Assembly (NCBI GenBank): GCA_963816145.1
Contig: CAWFJP010000003.1
Span: forward strand, 736,001 to 800,000
DNA from: an uncultured delta proteobacterium
GTDB taxonomy: Bacteria > Desulfobacterota > Binatia > UBA9968
Length of the DNA stretch: 64,000 nucleotides
Direction: 5' to 3'
This document shows, in pieces, positions 58,565 through 64,000 of the stretch; the first letter of the stretch is position 1, and each line of letters begins with the position of its first letter. Made by a program: the position numbers and the translations under genes. Below the pieces are notes generated by a model that saw only the letters and a list, made by a program, of their open reading frames with translations, had not been told where the DNA came from and searched no databases.

Positions 58565-59869
58565 TTGATTACCGAATTCAATCCACAAACTAACCCGAAA
58601 ACCGAACTAGAACTAGATATCGACAGGCTTTCCTATGGCCCCTACGGCGTCGGCCGCGTGGACGGCAAGGCGATCATGGTTCCCAACAGCGCTCCCGGCG
58701 ACCGCCTGGTCGCCCGGATCATCGAATCGAAAGAGCGCTACGCCATCGGTGAAACCGTCAAAATCGTCACGCCATCGCCGCTGCGCCAGACCCCGCCTTG
58801 CCCCTATGTCGGTGACTGCGGCGGCTGCACCTGGCAACATATCGGTTACCCAGAGCAACTCAAGGCCAAACAGCAGAGTGTCGCCGACGCCCTGCGACGC
58901 ATCGGCAAACTCGACAATTTTGATCTAAGACCGATCATCGCTTCGCCCAGCGCAGAGCATTATCGCCGGCGCATTCGCCTCCAGGTGAGCGCGGTAAAAC
59001 GCCTCGGCTTCTTCAGCACCGCCTCTCACCATATCGTCGAAATAGATAACTGCATGATCGCGGCACATCCCGTGAATGCCGTCATCGCCCGGCTGCGAAC
59101 TTGGCTCGACCAACTGGCTACGACCATCGAGCACATCGAGATCGTCGCCGGCGACGAGCCCGGCCAAACCGTGATTACGGTTGCAGCCACCGACAGCTTA
59201 AATAGTCGCGACGAAGAGCTCTGCGCCCGGCTCGTCGACGCCGGCAATCGGATCGATGGCGTCATCGTCCATGGCAATGATTGGCGCAAGACCTGGGGCA
59301 ATCCATCGATCACCGTCGCGCTGCAAAATGACCTGTCGCTCAAACTCGACGCCGACACCTTCACTCAGATCAACGCCGGCGCGAACCGGCTGATGCTGAA
59401 CCAACTCCTCAAAGCTGGCGCGTTCGACAAACAGGATCGCGTTCTGGAACTCTATGCCGGCGCGGGTAATTTCACCTTGCCGATGGCCAAGCTGGTGCGT
59501 GAAATCACCGCCGTCGAGGGGTTTCGCAATGCTGTCACCAGCGGCAAGCTCAACGGCCAGCGCAACGCCATCGACAACATCCATTGGACCTGCGCCCCGG
59601 TGCCGCGGACCGTGTCCCAGTTAAAAAAACAGCGACTAAACTTCACCAAGATCGTCCTCGACCCGCCCCGTACCGGCGCCAAGGGGATCGAGGCCGACAT
59701 CGCCGCGCTCGGGGCTAGTATGATCCTTTACGTCTCGTGCAATCCCGCCACCTTGGCACGCGATCTCGGCGCGCTAAATCAACAATGCTACAAACTCCAG
59801 TTCGTTCAACCGATTGACTTTTTCCCCCACACCTTTCATGTAGAATCGTTAGCCGTAATGATCCGATGA
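58565..59869 (+). CDS. rlmD: RlmD/TrmA-family RNA uracil-5 methyltransferase with TRAM domain; start uncertain
   Basis: CPYVGDCGGC..QH cluster motif, FTQIN, LYAGAG, LDPPR, YVSCNPATLARD, DFFPHTFHVE. Confidence 0.82.
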   Translation: MITEFNPQTNPKTELELDIDRLSYGPYGVGRVDGKAIMVPNSAPGDRLVARIIESKERYAIGETVKIVTPSPLRQTPPCPYVGDCGGCTWQHIGYPEQLKAKQQSVADALRRIGKLDNFDLRPIIASPSAEHYRRRIRLQVSAVKRLGFFSTASHHIVEIDNCMIAAHPVNAVIARLRTWLDQLATTIEHIEIVAGDEPGQTVITVAATDSLNSRDEELCARLVDAGNRIDGVIVHGNDWRKTWGNPSITVALQNDLSLKLDADTFTQINAGANRLMLNQLLKAGAFDKQDRVLELYAGAGNFTLPMAKLVREITAVEGFRNAVTSGKLNGQRNAIDNIHWTCAPVPRTVSQLKKQRLNFTKIVLDPPRTGAKGIEADIAALGASMILYVSCNPATLARDLGALNQQCYKLQFVQPIDFFPHTFHVESLAVMIR

Positions 59870-59879
59870 GGAGGAACCC

Positions 59880-60866
59880 ATGGCGAAAGTTTGGTTTGTG
59901 CTTCTAACTCTAACTGCCCTTTGCTTAAGCGGTCAAAGTGCCGGCGCCGCTGCGGCGCCGGACCGGCTCGTCGGCTTGCACTCAGCGCAAGTCATGTCGC
60001 AGTCAATGCCCTGGATCGCCCGCGAAGCGGGTTTGTTTCAGAAATATAATCTCGACTTCAATTTAGTTTTCATCCCTTCGTCGCCCGTCGCCACCGCAGC
60101 CACGATCAGCGGCGATGCCGATATCGGCGTTACCGGCGCCGTAGGCAATGTGCGCGCCATCGTGCAAGGCAACAAAGATTTAGTCTTCATCGGCGGTATG
60201 AAGAACTTCTTGACTCATAGCATCATGGGCAAAGCCGACATCAAAAGTCCGCAAGATCTCAAAGGCAAAAAAGTTGCGGTTGGCCGATTCGGCGGCAATA
60301 CGCACTATTTTGTCATCCAGGCACTCAAACGCTTTGGGATGGACGCGGCCAAAGACATCCAGACGATCCAGACCGGCGGCGGGCCGGAGACCGTAGCCGC
60401 GCTACTCGGCGGCACCGTCGATGCCGCGGGGTTGGTAGCTCCCGGAGATTTTCAGGTCGCCTCGCAGGGTTATCGCTACGTCGTCAACGGCTTTGACTTG
60501 AAGATTCCCTACGCAGCGACCTGCATCGTCACCCTGCGCTCCCAAATCAACAAGCGCGGCCTGGTCATCGGCCGCTTCATGCGCGCCATGGCTGAAGCGA
60601 GCAATCTGATGCATAGCGACCGAGCGTTGGTCTATCGAGTGCTTGGCAAATATCTGCGCATCACCGACACGAAAGTCCTCGATGCTGCATACAATTCCGA
60701 AATCGCCGCCATCGAACATAAGTTGGCAATCCACGATGCCGCGCTGCAAGCATCCCTAGACGAGATCGCCCCCATCGACCCGCGCGCTAAGAATATCAAG
60801 ACCACTGACATGATCGATCGGCGCTATCTGGTCGAATTGGACAAGAGCGGGGTGTTTGGTAAATAA
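59880..60866 (+). CDS. ABC transporter substrate-binding protein, NMT1/THI5-like
   Basis: Signal peptide; GLFQKYNLD, DLKGKKVAV, RFMRAM. Confidence 0.85.
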   Translation: MAKVWFVLLTLTALCLSGQSAGAAAAPDRLVGLHSAQVMSQSMPWIAREAGLFQKYNLDFNLVFIPSSPVATAATISGDADIGVTGAVGNVRAIVQGNKDLVFIGGMKNFLTHSIMGKADIKSPQDLKGKKVAVGRFGGNTHYFVIQALKRFGMDAAKDIQTIQTGGGPETVAALLGGTVDAAGLVAPGDFQVASQGYRYVVNGFDLKIPYAATCIVTLRSQINKRGLVIGRFMRAMAEASNLMHSDRALVYRVLGKYLRITDTKVLDAAYNSEIAAIEHKLAIHDAALQASLDEIAPIDPRAKNIKTTDMIDRRYLVELDKSGVFGK

Positions 60867-60900
60867 GCGGAAGGCGCGAGTCCGAAAGAAATCGCTTTCA

Positions 60901-61890
60901 ATGAAGGCCATCGATATCCACCATCACTATGTGCCGAAGCAATTGATCGACGAGTCCAAAAAACATGGCAAGTCGCTTGGGGTAGAAGTTACCGAGGAAA
61001 AAGGCAGCTGGGCGCTGTCCTTCGCCGGCAGCCACCCGCATCGTCTGCAGCCGCCGATCTTCGATGTCGGCGGACATCTCGCGATCATGGAACGAGGACA
61101 AGTCAGCCTAGCCACACTCGAAGCCAACACCAACAGTCTGGGCTATCGCTTGAACGGCGCCCAAGGGGAGGCCTGGTGCAATCTTTACAATGATTGCACC
61201 GATTTATTGGCGAAGCAGCGCCCGGATTGTTTCATCGGCATGGCCGTGGTGCCGCTGCAAGACGGCGCGCGCGCGGCGAAAGTACTGGAGCACGCCATCG
61301 TCGATCTCAAATTTCGCGGCGCCTTCATCGGCACCAACGTCAACGGCCAATATTATAACGTCACCGACTTCGATCCGTTCTGGGCCAAGGCCCAGGAGTT
61401 GGACATCATGATCGTCATGCACCCCGAGCATATCGCCGGCGCCGAACGCATGACCCAGTACGGTTTGAACGCCGTCTGCGGTAATCCCGCCGACTCGACG
61501 TTGTCGCTCGGCTACATGTTCTACAGCGGCCTGTTCGACCGCTTTCCCAATTTGAAGATCTGCGCGTTGCACGGCGGCGGCTTTCTGCCCTTCCATCTCG
61601 GCCGCTTCGACAAAGAATTCGTCACCGGCCAAAAGACCCGGCCGGCGCAGGCAAAAAATCCGCCTAGCGCTTATCTCAAAAATCTCTACTTCGACACGCT
61701 GGTCTACGATGTCGACACGCTGGAATATCTGAAAGCCAAAGTCGGCACCGACAAACTCATGCTCGGCACCGACTACCCCTATACCCTCGGCGACTGGATG
61801 GCGGTGGAAAAAGTCCAGGCGTTACAATGCTCGGACACCGACAAAGACGCGATCTTGGAAGGCAACGCGAAGCGATTGCTGAAGTTGTAA
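60901..61890 (+). CDS. Amidohydrolase_2 family, ACMSD-like; close paralog of 44043-45041
   Basis: IDIHHHYVP, LGYRL.G.QGE.WC, FDPFWAKAQ, GTDYPY.LGDW. Confidence 0.88.
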   Translation: MKAIDIHHHYVPKQLIDESKKHGKSLGVEVTEEKGSWALSFAGSHPHRLQPPIFDVGGHLAIMERGQVSLATLEANTNSLGYRLNGAQGEAWCNLYNDCTDLLAKQRPDCFIGMAVVPLQDGARAAKVLEHAIVDLKFRGAFIGTNVNGQYYNVTDFDPFWAKAQELDIMIVMHPEHIAGAERMTQYGLNAVCGNPADSTLSLGYMFYSGLFDRFPNLKICALHGGGFLPFHLGRFDKEFVTGQKTRPAQAKNPPSAYLKNLYFDTLVYDVDTLEYLKAKVGTDKLMLGTDYPYTLGDWMAVEKVQALQCSDTDKDAILEGNAKRLLKL

Positions 61891-61923
61891 AACACGAGCG
61901 ACCCTTGCCCTAACCCCCACTAC

Positions 61924-62055
61924 GAGACTGTGTCGCAACTGTCATTTCGAGGTGAAGCCGAGAAATCTCTTCTTCGTATGTGGCTGAAAACACGAGATCC
62001 CTCGCTGTGCTCGGGATGACAGACGTGGGGCATTTGCGCATTGTGACACAGGCTC
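61924..62055. mobile_element. 132-bp MITE, copy 2, flanked by TAC direct repeats inside a CCCT...GAGGG palindrome
   Basis: TAC-GAGACTGTGTCGCAA...TTGTGACACAGGCTC-TAC. Confidence 0.82.
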
Positions 62056-62091
62056 TACGCGGGCGAGGGAACCCGACTCAGATCGAAACGA

Positions 62092-62159
62092 TTGGAACTA
62101 CTGGAACCACTATCTCTCTGACGATTTGAACGTTTTGAACGGCTTGAACGTTTTGAACG
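62092..62159. repeat. (TTGAACNNN)n arm
   Basis: TTTGAACGTTTTGAACGGCTTGAACGTTTTGAACGG. Confidence 0.7.
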
Positions 62160-62162
62160 GGC

Positions 62163-63092
62163 TCAGATGTTTAAAAGTTTCTTCGCATTCAAATAATAAA
62201 TCTTCTCCTTATCCGCCTTTGGCACGTCCAACTCGTCCATCGCCTTGAGCGTCATCGGATAAAATTGATCGTCCTGCCCGGCGCGGCCATGGGGGTAATC
62301 GGCGCCGAAGAGAATCTGCCCCGCGCCGACGGTATCGTACACGAGTTTGATGAACGGCGCGCGAATCGGTCCGGCGGTGTCGTAAAAGATTTTCTTGAAG
62401 TATACTTCCGGCTCTTCCTGACATAGCGGATTGCCCTCGCGCCAGTTGAGCCGGTCGAGGTAACAGAGAATCATCCCGCCCAAATGCGACGCGATCAGTT
62501 TCAATTCCGGATAGCGGTCGAACATGCCGGCATAGACGATGCGCGCGATCGCCAGAGTCGAGTCCGTCGGCCAGAGAATTTTTTGGTGCAGCGAGTATTT
62601 GTCCCAGTTGGCCTGGCAGGGCGCGTTGGACGGATGGAGAAACAACGGCTTTCCGCCCGCCGCCAGCGCATCCCAAAACGGTTTGAACTCAGGTTCATCG
62701 ATATACTTGCCGGCGACATTGGTCGGCATGATCACGCCGTCCATGCGTAATTCCTGGTAGCAGCGCGCCAGTTCGGCGACCGCATCGCCGACATCAAGCA
62801 TCGGCAATCTGGCGAAGGAACGAAAACGCTGAGGATATTTAGCTTGGGCGTTAGCGAATTCGTCGTTAGCCACCTGGCAAAGCTCCTTGGCCCGCGAACG
62901 GCTGCCCAACTTTTCCACCCGGCCGGCGGTATTGGACAGCACGCCGATGTCGATGCCGTACTTGTCCATGACATCGAGATACTCGTTGTGATCGAAAGCA
63001 TGCAGGCCGGTGCCGCGTGAATCGTTTTTCGCCTCCGGGAGCAGTTCAAGATATTTTTGCGGAAAGGCGTGAAAGTGCGTGTCGATGATCAT
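62163..63092 (-). CDS. Amidohydrolase_2 family protein (decarboxylase-like)
   Basis: IDTHFH, LFLHP, SHLGG, FYDTA, FGADYPH. Confidence 0.88.
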   Translation of the reverse strand: MIIDTHFHAFPQKYLELLPEAKNDSRGTGLHAFDHNEYLDVMDKYGIDIGVLSNTAGRVEKLGSRSRAKELCQVANDEFANAQAKYPQRFRSFARLPMLDVGDAVAELARCYQELRMDGVIMPTNVAGKYIDEPEFKPFWDALAAGGKPLFLHPSNAPCQANWDKYSLHQKILWPTDSTLAIARIVYAGMFDRYPELKLIASHLGGMILCYLDRLNWREGNPLCQEEPEVYFKKIFYDTAGPIRAPFIKLVYDTVGAGQILFGADYPHGRAGQDDQFYPMTLKAMDELDVPKADKEKIYYLNAKKLLNI

Positions 63093-63148
63093 GGTGCGAT
63101 CCTCCGATATGCGTACCTAGTCGAAGCTGTCAGAAATAAATAACCTTG

Positions 63149-63226
63149 CACCACGAAGACACGAAGAGCACGAAGTTCGGAAATTTTGTAATCTCAACCC
63201 TTCGTGTCCTTCGTGCCTTCGTGGTG
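63149..63226. repeat. CACGAAG/CTTCGTG palindrome
   Basis: Same family as 19001-19080. Confidence 0.85.
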
Positions 63227-63249
63227 AATATCTTTTTCCGATACTACCG

Positions 63250-64000
63250 CTACTTCACCTGGTCGCCATACAGCCGCTTGACGTAGCCGCTCGCCTCGAT
63301 CTCGCGCAGCAATCGGCCATCGACGAACTCGCGCGGATCGACACCGCGCACCTTTGGATTGGTCTCGCTCACCTGAGTGATGCCGAGCTTCATCGCTTCA
63401 AGATCGGGATAGGGAACCCGCTCAAAAGCCGCGGCATAAACTCGCTGAGTCTCCTCCAACATCGAACGGTCGGTGGTATTGGTATATTTGCCAACCACAC
63501 TCATCGCGAAATTGGCGTCGGTCTTGAACCGGTGCGCGGCTTCGATATGGGCTTCGAGCAACCGGCGAACCGCCGATTCCTGAGTGCGCAAGAGCCGCTG
63601 GGTCACGATCACCGACGACAACGGATAGCGATATCCCGCCGTATTGTAATCGACCAACACACGGAAACCCGCCGCCCGCGCGTGTAATACCGCCGGGAAA
63701 CCGAATGTGCCCCCTTCGACTTGCCCGGCTTTAAGCGCGGCAACGATCTCGGGCAATCCACCCGCCTGGCGGATCATGACATCTTTGTCCGGCACGAGAT
63801 TGTTCTGCCGCAGGTATATGCGAGTGAAAAAATCGGTCACCGTGCCGATGCGCGTTACGCCAATGGTCTTGCCGCGCATATCTTCGATGCGTTGGATCTG
63901 CGGCGCGGCCACCGTGAACACCAGCACGCGAGTGACCGGCAAGGCGACGTAAATCGTGTCCGCTCCCGCCAGCCTGGCATCGACCCCAGCCGGACCGCCG
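63250..64000 (-). CDS. ABC transporter substrate-binding protein, NMT1/THI5-like (5' end outside window)
   Basis: DMRGKTIGVTRIGTVTD, PDKDV, EIEASG; frame continues to the window edge. Confidence 0.82.
   Translation of the reverse strand, partial: GGPAGVDARLAGADTIYVALPVTRVLVFTVAAPQIQRIEDMRGKTIGVTRIGTVTDFFTRIYLRQNNLVPDKDVMIRQAGGLPEIVAALKAGQVEGGTFGFPAVLHARAAGFRVLVDYNTAGYRYPLSSVIVTQRLLRTQESAVRRLLEAHIEAAHRFKTDANFAMSVVGKYTNTTDRSMLEETQRVYAAAFERVPYPDLEAMKLGITQVSETNPKVRGVDPREFVDGRLLREIEASGYVKRLYGDQVK

Noticed and set aside
44043-61890. Similar amidohydrolases at 44043 and 60901 as an assembly duplication
   Set aside because: They differ throughout and have different neighbours, so they are ordinary paralogs.

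Overview
A GC-rich bacterial window whose content resembles Candidatus Binatia-like Deltaproteobacteria (inference: very many orphan solute-binding proteins, amidohydrolases and CoA-dependent catabolic genes). It holds a nitronate monooxygenase fragment, an XhoI/PaeR7I-like restriction-modification pair and a CoA-dependent catabolic cluster (ligase, crotonases, DUF35 plus Cys-less thiolase-fold protein, two complementary acyl-CoA dehydrogenases). It also holds three tandem signal-peptide-bearing SAM methyltransferases, several amidohydrolases and housekeeping genes (pal, an ABC exporter, an RlmD-like enzyme). The dominant structure is a ~20 kb tripartite tricarboxylate transporter locus: tctB, then 15 tandem TctC/Bug-family genes or remnants plus two broken ABC-type binding-protein genes, then tctA. 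Nine of the tctC copies have signal peptides partly encoded by a GTTCAA/TTGAAC inverted-repeat element that also occurs free between genes, and the leader types cut across the mature-domain subfamilies. One array slot is a colinear mosaic of tctC and a TauE/SafE-DUF1634 gene pair. Intergenic DNA is full of short-period palindromic repeats, including two different MITE-like elements, each in two copies nested inside other palindromes. No rRNA, tRNA, CRISPR array, transposase or integrase was seen. All calls come from motif recognition by eye; no searches were run.
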